Assembly (NCBI GenBank): GCA_044229975.1
Contig: JBGARZ010000001.1
Coordinates: 736,001-800,000 of the forward strand
Length of the DNA stretch: 64,000 nt
Direction: 5' to 3'
Source of the DNA: Polyangiales bacterium
Lineage (GTDB): Bacteria; Myxococcota_A; Polyangia; Polyangiales; Ga0077539
Of this stretch, positions 31,213 to 41,105 are shown in pieces. The notes beneath the pieces were generated by a model, which was given only the letters and a program-made list of their open reading frames with translations, was not told where the DNA came from and did no database searches. The position numbers were made by a program, and so were the translations under genes. The stretch's first letter is position 1; the number at the start of each line of letters is the position of its first letter.

Positions 31213-31239
31213 GGAATGGCCCGGTTGTTGAAGTAGTTG
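31213..31239 (+). promoter_or_regulatory. Putative ECF promoter GGAAT-N18-GTT(G)
   Basis: GGAAT at 31213-31217, 18 nt, GTTG at 31236-31239, ahead of a small ORF. Confidence 0.45.
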
Positions 31240-31274
31240 GTGAGCGGAAGGTCGGCTCGCACGGAGGTTCGGTC

Positions 31275-31424
31275 ATGCGTCGAAGCAACAAGGCGGTTCA
31301 CACGGTTCGTCTGGTGCTGGGTCTGATCGCGGTTTCCCTCTCGGTGCTCGGCGCCGTCCGCAACACCCAGGACGTCCCGACCACCGCCGCGCAGACCGAA
31401 GCCGCCGTCCCCAACCACGGCTGA
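31275..31424 (+). CDS. 49-aa small membrane or secreted protein
   Basis: RBS GGAGG then MRRSNKAVHTVRLVLGLIAVSLSVLGAVRNTQDVPTTAAQTEAAVPNHG, with one hydrophobic helix. Confidence 0.6.
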   Translation: MRRSNKAVHTVRLVLGLIAVSLSVLGAVRNTQDVPTTAAQTEAAVPNHG

Positions 31425-31504
31425 AGCGCGCCAGCGCCTTCGAGCGTCGGGCACAACGTTGACAGCCAGCGCGGCCCCATGGGAGACCGCCGGACGTCAC
31501 GGGC

Positions 31505-31577
31505 GCCCTCATAGCTCAGTGGATAGAGCAGCGGCTTCCTAAGCCGAAGGTCGTAGGTTCGACTCCTACTGGGGGTA
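31505..31577 (+). tRNA. tRNA-Arg (anticodon CCT)
   Basis: Acceptor GCCCTCA/TGGGGGT, D-arm TAGCTCAGTGGATAGAGC, anticodon loop TTCCTAA, T-arm GTAGGTTCGACTCCTAC; CCA not encoded. Confidence 0.95.
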
Positions 31578-31585
31578 CAGCGTTT

Positions 31586-33577
31586 TCAGGGCTCGATATG
31601 ACGCCCGAGAAACTCCAACACCGCGCCATACCAGGCGACGGCGTTGCGGGGCTTCGCGATCCAGTGCCCCTCGTCGGGAAACACCACCAGCTCCGACGGC
31701 ACGCGATGGTGCTGCAACGCCTCGAAGAGCATCAGCGCTTCGGAGATGGGCACCCGGTAGTCGCGCTCACCGTGCAGCACCAGCGTCGGCGTCTTCCATC
31801 GCGCGATGCCGCCGTGCGGTGACCAGCGCTCGTGCGCGGCGACGTTCTCGTACGGGGAGACACCCATCATCGCGTACCACCACGCCGAGTGGTCGGTGGT
31901 GCCGCTGAAGGGTGACATCGCGTAGATGCTCGCGTGCGTGACCAGACAGCGGAAGCGCTCCGTGCTCACGCCGATCCAGTTGGTCATGTAGCCGCCGAAG
32001 GAGCCGCCCATCGCCGCGAGCTTGTCGCCGTCGACCGACGGGTGTCGGGCCAGCGCGTCAGCGGCCGTCATCACGTCGCGGTAGCACTGGTCGCCCCAGG
32101 TGTTGTTCCAGATGCCCTCGACGAAGGCCTGGCCGCGACCCGTGGAGCCGCGTGGGTTGGGCAGCGCGACGACGTAGCCCGCGGACGCTGCGACAAGGGA
32201 GTTCCATCGCCAGTGCCACGAGTCGGCCCATTGGGAGACGGGGCCGCCGTGGATCCACAGGAGCGCGGGCGCGGGACCCGTCGCGTCTCTGGGCACGACC
32301 ACATAGCTCTGCACCTCGGCGCCGTCGTCAGCCAGGAGCCACTGCGGAGTGACCGTCGCGAGCGCGTCGCCGTCGGCCTCGGTGAAGCCGCTCAGCGCGG
32401 TGAGCAGCACGGGCGTCGCGCCGGTCTCCATCGACGAATAGAACACCTCGGGCGGGTGCGTGATGCGATGCCGCAATCCCACGATGGCGTCGCCCGATCG
32501 CAGCGCCGAGACGTGGTCGTGGCTACCGCCCGCATCGGGTTGCGTGATGCGCCGTTGTGCGCCCGACGCCACGTCGATCGCGAACACCGGAACGGTCCCC
32601 TCGTCGTCGACGGTGACGATCAGCTCGCGACCGTCGACGGTGAAGCACGCGGGGACGGGCCAGCGGTCCCACTCGGCGGCGAGCTCGCGACCGTCGCCCG
32701 ATGCGACGTCGAAGATCCACAACATCGGCTTGCCGTGACGACCGGGCGTGCGGCGTTCGAGGACGCACGCGAGCGAGCGACCGTCGCGAGAGAAGCAGGG
32801 GTTGCGGACCGACACGCGAGCCTCGTCGACAAGCGAGCGGCGGGTGCCCGTCGCGGGGTCGATGAGCGCGAGAGCGTACTCGACGATGCGCTCGGCCGAG
32901 AGGCGCTGCACCGTGATCGCGACGTGAAGTCCGTCGGGTGAGAGCGCCCACTCGCTCTCGTCGCGGAAGTCGGTGTCGGCGTCGGGCGTCAGGTCGACAC
33001 GACCACCGCCGCGCTCGTCGAAGGCCACGAGGTGGGGCGCGGCGCGCGGCAGCCAATGGTCCCAGTGGCGGATGGGTGTCGAGGTGTAGCGGAGCAGCGA
33101 TGGGCCCTTCTTCGCGAGCTCGGCGGCGCGCGAACGCTGCGCCTCGAAGGGGACGCCCGGCAGCGCATCGGCGAGCACCACGAGACGATCGGCGGCGGCC
33201 GCGAAGGCGAAGGCGTTGACCCCGAGCGGCTCGTCGGTGAGCGGCTCGGCCTCGCCGCCGTGAGCGGGGAGCACCCAGACCTGCGCCCGCTCGTCGTCGC
33301 CCTCCTCCGCCTTCCCCTCGCGCGGAACCCGGTTGCTCAAGAAGCCCAGCGCGCCGTCGCGACGAAACGCGGGCGCCCGGTCGTTGGACGCGCCGCGCGT
33401 GAGGCGGGTCGTGGCGCCGTTGGTGAGGGAGACCCGCCAGAGCTCGGAGACGTAGCGGACGCCCTCGTGGTCGAGGCGGGCGAGCGCGACGGCGAGCCAG
33501 CTTCCATCGGGCGAGGGCACGACGTGCTGCACGCGACGGAGGGAGACGAGGCGTTCGGCGGTGAGCGGAGTGGCCAT
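31586..33577 (-). CDS. S9 family peptidase (acylaminoacyl/dipeptidyl peptidase)
   Basis: Beta-propeller N-terminus, IHGGP, NPRGSTG, GGSFGG nucleophile, HGERDYRVP and FPDEGH. Confidence 0.92.
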   Translation of the reverse strand: MATPLTAERLVSLRRVQHVVPSPDGSWLAVALARLDHEGVRYVSELWRVSLTNGATTRLTRGASNDRAPAFRRDGALGFLSNRVPREGKAEEGDDERAQVWVLPAHGGEAEPLTDEPLGVNAFAFAAAADRLVVLADALPGVPFEAQRSRAAELAKKGPSLLRYTSTPIRHWDHWLPRAAPHLVAFDERGGGRVDLTPDADTDFRDESEWALSPDGLHVAITVQRLSAERIVEYALALIDPATGTRRSLVDEARVSVRNPCFSRDGRSLACVLERRTPGRHGKPMLWIFDVASGDGRELAAEWDRWPVPACFTVDGRELIVTVDDEGTVPVFAIDVASGAQRRITQPDAGGSHDHVSALRSGDAIVGLRHRITHPPEVFYSSMETGATPVLLTALSGFTEADGDALATVTPQWLLADDGAEVQSYVVVPRDATGPAPALLWIHGGPVSQWADSWHWRWNSLVAASAGYVVALPNPRGSTGRGQAFVEGIWNNTWGDQCYRDVMTAADALARHPSVDGDKLAAMGGSFGGYMTNWIGVSTERFRCLVTHASIYAMSPFSGTTDHSAWWYAMMGVSPYENVAAHERWSPHGGIARWKTPTLVLHGERDYRVPISEALMLFEALQHHRVPSELVVFPDEGHWIAKPRNAVAWYGAVLEFLGRHIEP

Positions 33578-33675
33578 GAGGGCGCCGAGTCTAGGCGGAG
33601 GCTGGCCGTGTCCGCGAGGGACGTCGCCGCCGTCCCGTTGCCTCGCGCGCGGGACGTCGCGGTACAACCGCCGCG

Positions 33676-35868
33676 ATGCGCTCCCTCGCCCGCGGTCTCC
33701 TCGCCCTCTCCCTCGTCGGGTCGTCGCTCCTTCGCGGCGACGACCTCCGCGCGTGCGGCGGCGGCATCGAAGGCCCCGTCTACGTCAACCGACGCAACCC
33801 CGACCTCCCCCTCGACCGCGTCTTCGCGGGCCACCCCGGCTACCTCGGAACGTGGTCCACCAGCTACCAGGTGCTCGCGTGGAGGGTGCTCACCGACGCG
33901 CCCTTCGACACCGCCGAGCGCACCGCCTTCGTGCTCCGCGAGCGGACCATTCGCAGTGAAGTTCCGGCGCTCGCCTTCGACGCCGCGACGCCCGTCGGCG
34001 CCGACCCCAACGTCGACGCCTACAACCTGGAGGGCGGGTACGCCCCGAGCGACGGCCCCTGGCGCACGGCGCGCACCGAAGTCCTCGGAGCCGCTGGCCC
34101 CGCCATCCCCAACGGGTGGTCGCAACACGAATCGTGGACGCCCAACTGCCTCGACGACGCCTTCGCCAACGCCGCCCTCGCGCTGCGACAGCGGGTGGCC
34201 CGCGACGGCGCCCGCAGCGACGCCGTGCGCGCCTGGATCGACGCCCAGGACGCCGTGTTCTCCAACTGCGGACCCACGCCGGGGCGTTCGCCCATCGCGC
34301 TGCAGGAGTCCGCCCCACCGGAGCAGCGTCGCGACCGCGCGTACCAGATCGCCGCGGCGCACTTCTATGCCGGCCGCTACGACGCCGCCGAGCGCGACTT
34401 CGCCGCCATCGCCGCCGACACCGCCTCCCCGTGGGCGTCCGTGGCGCGCTACCTCGTGCTGCGCTCCATCACCCGCGCGGCCCAGCGCGGACGCGCGACC
34501 CCCGACCCCGCCCTCCTCGCTCGCGCCTCGCAGCTCGCGCGCGCCCTCCTCGCCGACGCCAATGGCGCACCGGTGCACGACATGACCCGGCGCTACGGCT
34601 CGCTCATCGACACGCTCCGTGACCCCAGCGGGCGTCTCCACACGCTCGGCGCGAGCCTCGCCCGGCCGGGCCTCGGCGCGCTGCTCGGACGGGACCTCCA
34701 CGATTACGTGCACCTGTATGCGACGCATCGCGTGACCCGCGACGACGCCGACCCGATGACCACCTGGATCGCCCTCCGCGACGAGAACCAACGCTCCGAC
34801 GACGACCGCGCGACGGCGCTCGCGCTCCTCCAGCGAACCCACGCGCGGCAGTGGCTGGTCGCCGCGCTCCAATCGTCGGGCACCGGGCTCGCCTCGGCGC
34901 TCGACCCCGCGCTCGAAGCCGCCGCGACCATCGCGCGCTCCGACCCGGCCTTCGTGACGGCCCGCTACGAGCGGCTGCGAGTGCTCGTCGAGCGAAGGCA
35001 GCCCGTCCACGCAGAGATCGTCGCCACCGCGAACCAGCTCACCCCGGAGGACGGACTCACCGCCCGCAACCTCTTCCACGAGCTCGCGCTGCGGACGGCG
35101 GGCAACGTCGATGAGTTTGTTCCGTTTGCGTACGGTCGGCCCGCCGGGTGGCTGCCAGAGACGGGGCCCGTGCACCCTGACGCGACCCTCGCGGAAGACC
35201 TGTCTCCCGCCGCCGCCAGCGCCCTCTCGCTCCGCGTCCCGGTGTCGGTGCTGCTGCGCGTCGCAGCCCACCGCTCGCTCCCACCCGCGCTGCGCGATCG
35301 CATCGCCAACGTCGCCCTCCATCGCGCGGCGGTGCTCGGCGACGAGGTGCCCTTCCAGGCCGCGGCCGCCCTGGTGGTGCGCCTCTCCGAGACGGCACAG
35401 CGACCGCTGCGGGCCCTCGCCCAATCCCCCATCGGAGACGCGCGCTCCCTCGCGCTCTTGCGCTCGCTGCTCGACGGCGCCGGCGCGCTCATGTTGGAGA
35501 CGTCCATGATCGACGAGCGCGACACGACGGGCGACCTCTGGACGACGCGCTGCACCCGCTCGGCCGAGGCCACGCCGGCGTGGTTTCTCACGGCGGCCGA
35601 GCGCACGGCCTTCGCGCGAGAGCAGGCGCGCTGGGTCGCCCTCGGTGACACTGCCACCTGGGCGGCGACGGAGGCGGCCCGGCTCGCCCCGCGGATGCCC
35701 GCCGAGCCCGCGCTGCCCGACCTCCTCGCCGCCGCGATTCGACAAACCCGCCCCAACGCCTGCCCCCCGGCGGCGACCATCCACCGGGCGTCGCGCGCAG
35801 CGTTCAATGCGCTGCATCGGCACTTCCCGCGGTCGCCCGCGGCGCAGGCGACCCGGTACTGGTACTGA
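33676..35868 (+). CDS. Large secreted helical/TPR-like protein
   Basis: Signal peptide, NCLDDAF, WIDAQDAVFSNC, RAYQIAAAHFYAG; ends AFNALHRHFPRSPAAQATRYWY. Confidence 0.8.
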   Translation: MRSLARGLLALSLVGSSLLRGDDLRACGGGIEGPVYVNRRNPDLPLDRVFAGHPGYLGTWSTSYQVLAWRVLTDAPFDTAERTAFVLRERTIRSEVPALAFDAATPVGADPNVDAYNLEGGYAPSDGPWRTARTEVLGAAGPAIPNGWSQHESWTPNCLDDAFANAALALRQRVARDGARSDAVRAWIDAQDAVFSNCGPTPGRSPIALQESAPPEQRRDRAYQIAAAHFYAGRYDAAERDFAAIAADTASPWASVARYLVLRSITRAAQRGRATPDPALLARASQLARALLADANGAPVHDMTRRYGSLIDTLRDPSGRLHTLGASLARPGLGALLGRDLHDYVHLYATHRVTRDDADPMTTWIALRDENQRSDDDRATALALLQRTHARQWLVAALQSSGTGLASALDPALEAAATIARSDPAFVTARYERLRVLVERRQPVHAEIVATANQLTPEDGLTARNLFHELALRTAGNVDEFVPFAYGRPAGWLPETGPVHPDATLAEDLSPAAASALSLRVPVSVLLRVAAHRSLPPALRDRIANVALHRAAVLGDEVPFQAAAALVVRLSETAQRPLRALAQSPIGDARSLALLRSLLDGAGALMLETSMIDERDTTGDLWTTRCTRSAEATPAWFLTAAERTAFAREQARWVALGDTATWAATEAARLAPRMPAEPALPDLLAAAIRQTRPNACPPAATIHRASRAAFNALHRHFPRSPAAQATRYWY

Positions 35869-35872
35869 CCCG

Positions 35873-36589
35873 GTGAGGATCTCCGCCGCGCTGCTCGCCT
35901 TCACGCTCGCCTCGTCGACGGCGAGCGCCGACCCGCCGCCGTCGCTCATGCTGTGGGCGTGGGAGCGCCCCGAAGACCTGCGTTTTCTCCCCGCGAACGT
36001 GGGCGTCGCCTACCTGCGAGCGACCGTCGACGTGCGCCCGACGGGGGTGCGCGTGGCGCCGCGGAGGCAGCCGTTGCGGGTGCGCGACGAGACCTTCGTG
36101 ATGGCCGTGGTGCGGGTCGAAGCGCGGCCGCGCGGACTGGCGCTGACCGATGCGACCCGGGCGCGCGTCGTGGAGGCGCTGGTCGAGGCCGCGCGCTCAC
36201 CGGGCGTGCGTGCGGTGCAGATCGACTTCGACGCGGGGGCCTCGCAGCGCGGCTTCTATCGGGCGCTGCTCGCCGACGCGAGGCGGGCGCTCGGCGCGGG
36301 GACATGGCTCTCGATGACGGCGCTGGCGTCGTGGTGCGAGGGAGACGACTGGCTCGATGTCGGTGCGCTGCCGGTCGACGAGGTGGTTCCGATGGTGTTC
36401 TCGATGGGCGCCGATCGCGAGGCTGTGCTGCGGGTGCTGCGCGACCGACGAACGTTTCGGGCGCGGTCGTGCCGCGGAAGCGTGGGCTGGGCGTCGGGTG
36501 AACCCACGGTGCCGCTGCGCGGCGTGGCCCGGCGGTACGTCTTCAACGCGCGACCCTGGACCGCGGACGCCGCCCGCGTCTGGTACTGA
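35873..36589 (+). CDS. DUF3142-like secreted protein
   Basis: LWAWERPEDLRFL, VQIDFDA, SMTALASWC and VDEVVPMVF. Confidence 0.75.
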   Translation: MRISAALLAFTLASSTASADPPPSLMLWAWERPEDLRFLPANVGVAYLRATVDVRPTGVRVAPRRQPLRVRDETFVMAVVRVEARPRGLALTDATRARVVEALVEAARSPGVRAVQIDFDAGASQRGFYRALLADARRALGAGTWLSMTALASWCEGDDWLDVGALPVDEVVPMVFSMGADREAVLRVLRDRRTFRARSCRGSVGWASGEPTVPLRGVARRYVFNARPWTADAARVWY

Positions 36590-36597
36590 CCGACGGC

Positions 36598-36963
36598 CTA
36601 CCGGTACCCGCGGACGGTTGCGTCGTGCTGCGACGACGGCACGTGCATCACCCGGACGTAGAGCGCCACGTCGTCGATGCGCTCACCCATGAGCCGCGCC
36701 ATGAACACCGTCGCCAGCGCACGTCTCCCGACCGCCACGAGGTCTTGCCGGGGCGTGGATGGGTCCATCACCAGGTAGCGCATGGCGAGGGCCGCGCGCT
36801 GGCGGTCTTCCCGCGTGTAGCGCTGCGGGTCGAAGGCCTGAAACACCGCCCAGGGCCCGACGTGGTGATGCTCCGGGGGGTCGGGGTCGCGCTCGCCGAA
36901 GTCGATGGAGTTCTTCCCGAAGCCCGGCACCGGGCTGACGCTCTGACCCATGCAGTGACCCAT
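36598..36963 (-). CDS. Hypothetical small protein
   Basis: 121-aa ORF with ordinary composition, converging on the previous gene. Confidence 0.5.
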   Translation of the reverse strand: MGHCMGQSVSPVPGFGKNSIDFGERDPDPPEHHHVGPWAVFQAFDPQRYTREDRQRAALAMRYLVMDPSTPRQDLVAVGRRALATVFMARLMGERIDDVALYVRVMHVPSSQHDATVRGYR

Positions 36964-37241
36964 CGGTCGCCGCGCACCGATGCTTGAGCCCGACCCCGAA
37001 GATCCTGCGGGTCAGAGGCGACCACGTCGCACGTCGACATACCTTGCGGCGGACGATCACGTCCCGACCGCGCGACGTGGTGCCCCGTGTCGCGTCGCGC
37101 AACACGGTGGCTTTGGATCCTCACTGATGTGTCGGTGCGCGTCTTTTCCGCACCCCCTTCCAATCGTTGACCCTCGCGCGAGACGCGTGTTGCGATCGTC
37201 ACGTCTCCGCCTTTTCACCCTCCGAAAGGGGTCCCTTTCCC

Positions 37242-40200
37242 ATGATCGAAATTCAACGTCTCAGCAGATGTCTGTGGGCGCTGCTCACCGTCGCGGCCCT
37301 GGGCTGTGGCAACAGCGCGTCGGTCGTCGGTGGCGACGCAGCCGTCGCGACGGACATCACCCCGGCCTGCACGTCGCCCCGCACCACCTGCGGCGGCAAC
37401 TGCGTGAACCTGCAGGACGACGCGACCAACTGCGGCGCGTGCGGCCGTGCCTGCGGTCGCGCCGAAGCCTGCGTGATGGGTACCTGCCAGACCGAGTGCC
37501 CGACGGGCCAGGTCGCCTGCGGCGGTCGCTGCGTGTCCGTCGAGACCGACCGCGCCAACTGCGGCGCGTGCGGCACCGCCTGCGCCGCCGGCCTCGTGTG
37601 CGCGGCGGGGGCCTGCGCCATCGAGTGCGGCGCCTCGCTCGCCACCTGCACCGCCGGGAGCGACGCGGGCGCGGGCAACGACGCGGGCGCCGGGCGCTAC
37701 TGCGCCGACACGCGCACCGACCGCACCAACTGCGGCGGCTGCGGCGTGGCCTGCGGGCAGGGCGAGATCTGCGCGGCGGGCGTCTGCACCCTCACGTGTG
37801 CCGCGGGCACCACGACCTGCGCCGGCGCGTGCCGCGACTTCCAGAACGACCGGCTCAACTGCGGGTCCTGCGGCAGCGCCTGCGCCGCGGGCCAGGTGTG
37901 CTCGCTCGGCCGCTGCGAGCTGAGCTGCGCGACGGGCACCACCAACTGCTCGGGCTCGTGCCGCGACACGCAGACCGACCTCGCCCACTGCGGCGAGTGC
38001 GGCAACGCCTGCGCCGCGGGCCAGGTGTGCGCCGCGGGCCGCTGCCTCGCGAGCTGCGGGGCGGGCCTCTCGGAGTGCTCGGGCACCTGCCGCGACCTCC
38101 AGACCGACCGCGCCAACTGCGGCGCCTGCGGGACGGGGTGCGAGGCCGGGCAGGTGTGCTCGGCGGGCGCCTGCCAGGTGAGCTGCGGCGGCGCCCTCTC
38201 GGCCTGCGGCGGCGTGTGCCGTGACCTCCAGACCGACCGCGCCAACTGCGGCGTGTGCGGCCTCACCTGCGCCGCGGGCCAGGTCTGCTCGGCGGGCTCG
38301 TGCGCGGTGTCCTGCGCGACCGACCTCACGCTGTGCTCGGGCACCTGCCGCGACACGCAGACCGATCGGCTCAACTGCGGCGCGTGCGGCACCTCCTGCG
38401 CGCCGGGTCAGGCCTGCACGGCCGGCGTGTGCAGCCTCACCTGCGCGGCGGGCTTCACCAACTGCTCGGGCTCGTGCCGCGACCTCCAGACCGACCGCGG
38501 CAACTGCGGCGTCTGCGGTACCACCTGCGGCGCCGCCAACGTCTGCACGGCGGGCGCGTGCGTGCTGTCGTGCCCGACGGGGCAGAGCGAGTGCTCGGGC
38601 GCGTGCTTCGACCTCCAGACCGACCGGCGCAACTGCGGCGCCTGCGGGACGAGCTGCGCCCCCGGCCAGGTGTGCAACACCGGGACGTGCCAGACGAGCT
38701 GCGTGGCGGGCCTCACGGAGTGCTCGGGCACCTGCCGCGACCTCCAGACCGACCGCGCCAACTGCGGCGCCTGCGGGACGGCGTGCGGCGCCGGGAGCAT
38801 CTGCGTCGCGGGGGTCTGCACGCTCTCGTGCACGACGGGTCAGACGGCGTGCTCGGGCGTCTGCCGCGACACGCAGAGCGACCAGAGCAACTGCGGCGCG
38901 TGCGGGACGGTGTGCCCCGCGGGCCAGGCGTGCCGCAGCGGCGCGTGCACGGTGGTGTGCGGCACCGGCCTCACGGCGTGCTCGGGCGTCTGCCGCGACA
39001 CGCAGACCGATCGCGCCAACTGCGGCGCGTGCGGGACGACGTGCGGGGCCGGTCAGGTGTGCTCGGCGGGCGTCTGCGCGGTGAGCTGCGCGGCGGGCCT
39101 GACCAACTGCTCGGGGGTGTGCCGCGACACGGCGACCGACGAGGCCAACTGCGGCGGCTGCGGGACGACGTGCCCGGCGCTCCAGGTGTGCCTGTCGAGC
39201 CGGTGCCAGGTGGTGTGCGCGGCGGGGCAGACGAGCTGCTCGGGGGTCTGCCGCGACACGCTGACCGACCGCGCCAACTGCGGCGCGTGCGGGGTGACCT
39301 GCGGCGCCGGCCAGGTGTGCTCGGCGGGCGCCTGCGCGGCGAGCTGCGGCGCGAGCCTCACGGCCTGCTCGGGGAGCTGCGTGAACACCACGTACGACCC
39401 GGCCAACTGCGGCGCGTGCGGTCGCGCGTGCGGGACGCGGGAGGCGTGCGTGTCGGGCCTCTGCCGCCGGCTCGCGGGCTTCTCGGGTCAGACCGGGACG
39501 ACGTGGACGCCGGTGCCGGGTCTGTCGTCGGCGCCGCGCGGGTTGCAGGCGTGGGTTCCGCTCGGTGAGCGGTACATCCACACGGGCAACGGCGGCTCCT
39601 TCGGGCGCATCGAGATCGCGACCGGGGCCTTCGGCGCGCTGGCCTCGGTGCCGGGGCCGGGCCTCGCGTCGTGGGGCTCGCCCGCCCTGTCGCTCGGTGA
39701 CATCTGGACGCTGAAGGGCACCGCGGTGCTGCGCTACTCGGTGTCGGCCAACAGCTGGACGGTCGTTCGCAACGACCTCTCCAACGCCGACCGCGAGTCG
39801 ATGACGGTCACCGACCGCGACAGCAACCTCTGGATCATGGCGGACGGCGCGCGCCTCCTCCGCTACAACCCGACGACCAACGTCGCGACCTACTTCGCGA
39901 CCGGCGTGAGCACCGACCTGTACGAGACCCGTCTCGGCTACGACGAGCTCACGCACAGCATCTACTTCGGCGGCTTCGCGGCGGCGAACCTCTACCGCTT
40001 CGACATCACCACGAGCGCGGTGACGGCGATGACGAGCCACCCCGAAGGGGCCCTCAACGACATCTTCTGCTCCGACCACTCGGGCCACCTCTACTCCGCA
40101 GGCGGCTTCGACGGCACCACGATCTGGCAGTTCAACATCCTGACCAACACCTGGGCGCGCATCCCCGACTTCACCGTCGACCAGGGGAACAACGGGTCGT

Positions 40201-40277
40201 GCGGCGTCGCCGAAGAGGGCTTCCTCTACATCGAGACCGGCTCGCTCGGAGACCTCCGCCGCATCCCCCTCTTCTGA
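37242..40277 (+). CDS. Lipoprotein with 16 tandem 8-Cys repeats (Stig1-like) and a C-terminal beta-propeller
   Basis: ALGC lipobox; 43-aa unit CSGxCRDxQTDRANCGACGxxCxAGQVCSAGxCxxSC; about 265-aa Kelch-like C-terminus. Confidence 0.9.
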   Translation: MIEIQRLSRCLWALLTVAALGCGNSASVVGGDAAVATDITPACTSPRTTCGGNCVNLQDDATNCGACGRACGRAEACVMGTCQTECPTGQVACGGRCVSVETDRANCGACGTACAAGLVCAAGACAIECGASLATCTAGSDAGAGNDAGAGRYCADTRTDRTNCGGCGVACGQGEICAAGVCTLTCAAGTTTCAGACRDFQNDRLNCGSCGSACAAGQVCSLGRCELSCATGTTNCSGSCRDTQTDLAHCGECGNACAAGQVCAAGRCLASCGAGLSECSGTCRDLQTDRANCGACGTGCEAGQVCSAGACQVSCGGALSACGGVCRDLQTDRANCGVCGLTCAAGQVCSAGSCAVSCATDLTLCSGTCRDTQTDRLNCGACGTSCAPGQACTAGVCSLTCAAGFTNCSGSCRDLQTDRGNCGVCGTTCGAANVCTAGACVLSCPTGQSECSGACFDLQTDRRNCGACGTSCAPGQVCNTGTCQTSCVAGLTECSGTCRDLQTDRANCGACGTACGAGSICVAGVCTLSCTTGQTACSGVCRDTQSDQSNCGACGTVCPAGQACRSGACTVVCGTGLTACSGVCRDTQTDRANCGACGTTCGAGQVCSAGVCAVSCAAGLTNCSGVCRDTATDEANCGGCGTTCPALQVCLSSRCQVVCAAGQTSCSGVCRDTLTDRANCGACGVTCGAGQVCSAGACAASCGASLTACSGSCVNTTYDPANCGACGRACGTREACVSGLCRRLAGFSGQTGTTWTPVPGLSSAPRGLQAWVPLGERYIHTGNGGSFGRIEIATGAFGALASVPGPGLASWGSPALSLGDIWTLKGTAVLRYSVSANSWTVVRNDLSNADRESMTVTDRDSNLWIMADGARLLRYNPTTNVATYFATGVSTDLYETRLGYDELTHSIYFGGFAAANLYRFDITTSAVTAMTSHPEGALNDIFCSDHSGHLYSAGGFDGTTIWQFNILTNTWARIPDFTVDQGNNGSCGVAEEGFLYIETGSLGDLRRIPLF
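37366..39465 (+). repeat. Coding tandem repeat, 16 units of about 129 nt
   Basis: Recurrent gaccgaccgcgccaactgcggcgcgtgcgg; unit 3 carries a short DAG insertion. Confidence 0.85.
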
Positions 40278-40349
40278 CCTCCCCCTGACGTCGCAGCGCG
40301 CTCCATCGCAGGCGCGCTGCCCACGTCCCTCCCCACCGTCACCACATCG

Positions 40350-41105
40350 CTATGGCAGCAGCCACCGGCGCACGCGCTCGGCGTAGAGGCTGCGCGGATG
40401 GCGCTCGATGAAGCGCTGCCCCCGCGCGCGCAGGGCATCCCCTCGCCCCATGCGACGGAGCGCGTCGAGGGCGATGAGCTCACGCTCTTCGGCGAGCGCG
40501 GCGGACGACACCGACTCGGCGATGCGGAGCGCCTCCGCCGGGTCGCTGGCGAGAAGCTGCCGCGCGCGTTCGAGGGTGCGCTGGTCGTCCTCCATCGGGT
40601 GCGCGACGACCGGCGCAGCGACCGATCCGACCGGGGCCGAGGCGATGACCGTCGGCGCGACGACAGGCGCCGCGGGCATGGGCTCCACCGGGCGCGCCGG
40701 CGACCTCGCAGGCGACACGACGGGGCGGGCGGGGCGGACCGCCACCACCGGCGCGACCTCCGCGGGCGGCAGCGACGGACCGAACATCGGCGCGGGCGGC
40801 TCCTCGACGCGCACCGCGACCGGGGCCGACACCACGCGAGGCGCGACCCGCACCGGCACCGGCGACGGAGTCGACACACGATGGGCGACCGCGACGCCCA
40901 CGCCTCCTGCGACGAGGGCCGCCGCCAGCAACGCGCCCTTCCACGACAACCACGCGCCGCCTGCGACCACCGGGGCCACCGCGAGGCGGGCCACGCGCTG
41001 GGTCGTGCGTCGTCGCTCATCGGCGGTGCGGGGGCGCGGCGCGGAGGCGCGGTCGAGCAGCGCGCGCGCGGCGGGAGAGAGTCCGTCGTGGGGGTCGTGG
41101 GTCAT
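40350..41105 (-). CDS. Putative anti-sigma factor of ECF module 2
   Basis: ATGA-coupled to the sigma gene; TM, Pro-rich linker, LERARQLLASDPAEAL...ALRRMGR...HPRSLY. Paralog of 6220..7116. Confidence 0.7.
   Translation of the reverse strand: MTHDPHDGLSPAARALLDRASAPRPRTADERRRTTQRVARLAVAPVVAGGAWLSWKGALLAAALVAGGVGVAVAHRVSTPSPVPVRVAPRVVSAPVAVRVEEPPAPMFGPSLPPAEVAPVVAVRPARPVVSPARSPARPVEPMPAAPVVAPTVIASAPVGSVAAPVVAHPMEDDQRTLERARQLLASDPAEALRIAESVSSAALAEERELIALDALRRMGRGDALRARGQRFIERHPRSLYAERVRRWLLP

Noticed and set aside
31505..31600. tRNA-Arg as an island attachment site
   Set aside because: No integrase and no duplicated tRNA 3' end noticed in the window.
37215..40088. 957-aa antisense ORF and similar long shadow ORFs (7077..9221, 15247..17640, 33337..35949, 62303..63991)
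   Set aside because: Arg/Ala/Gly-rich mirror frames of real genes, expected at this GC content.
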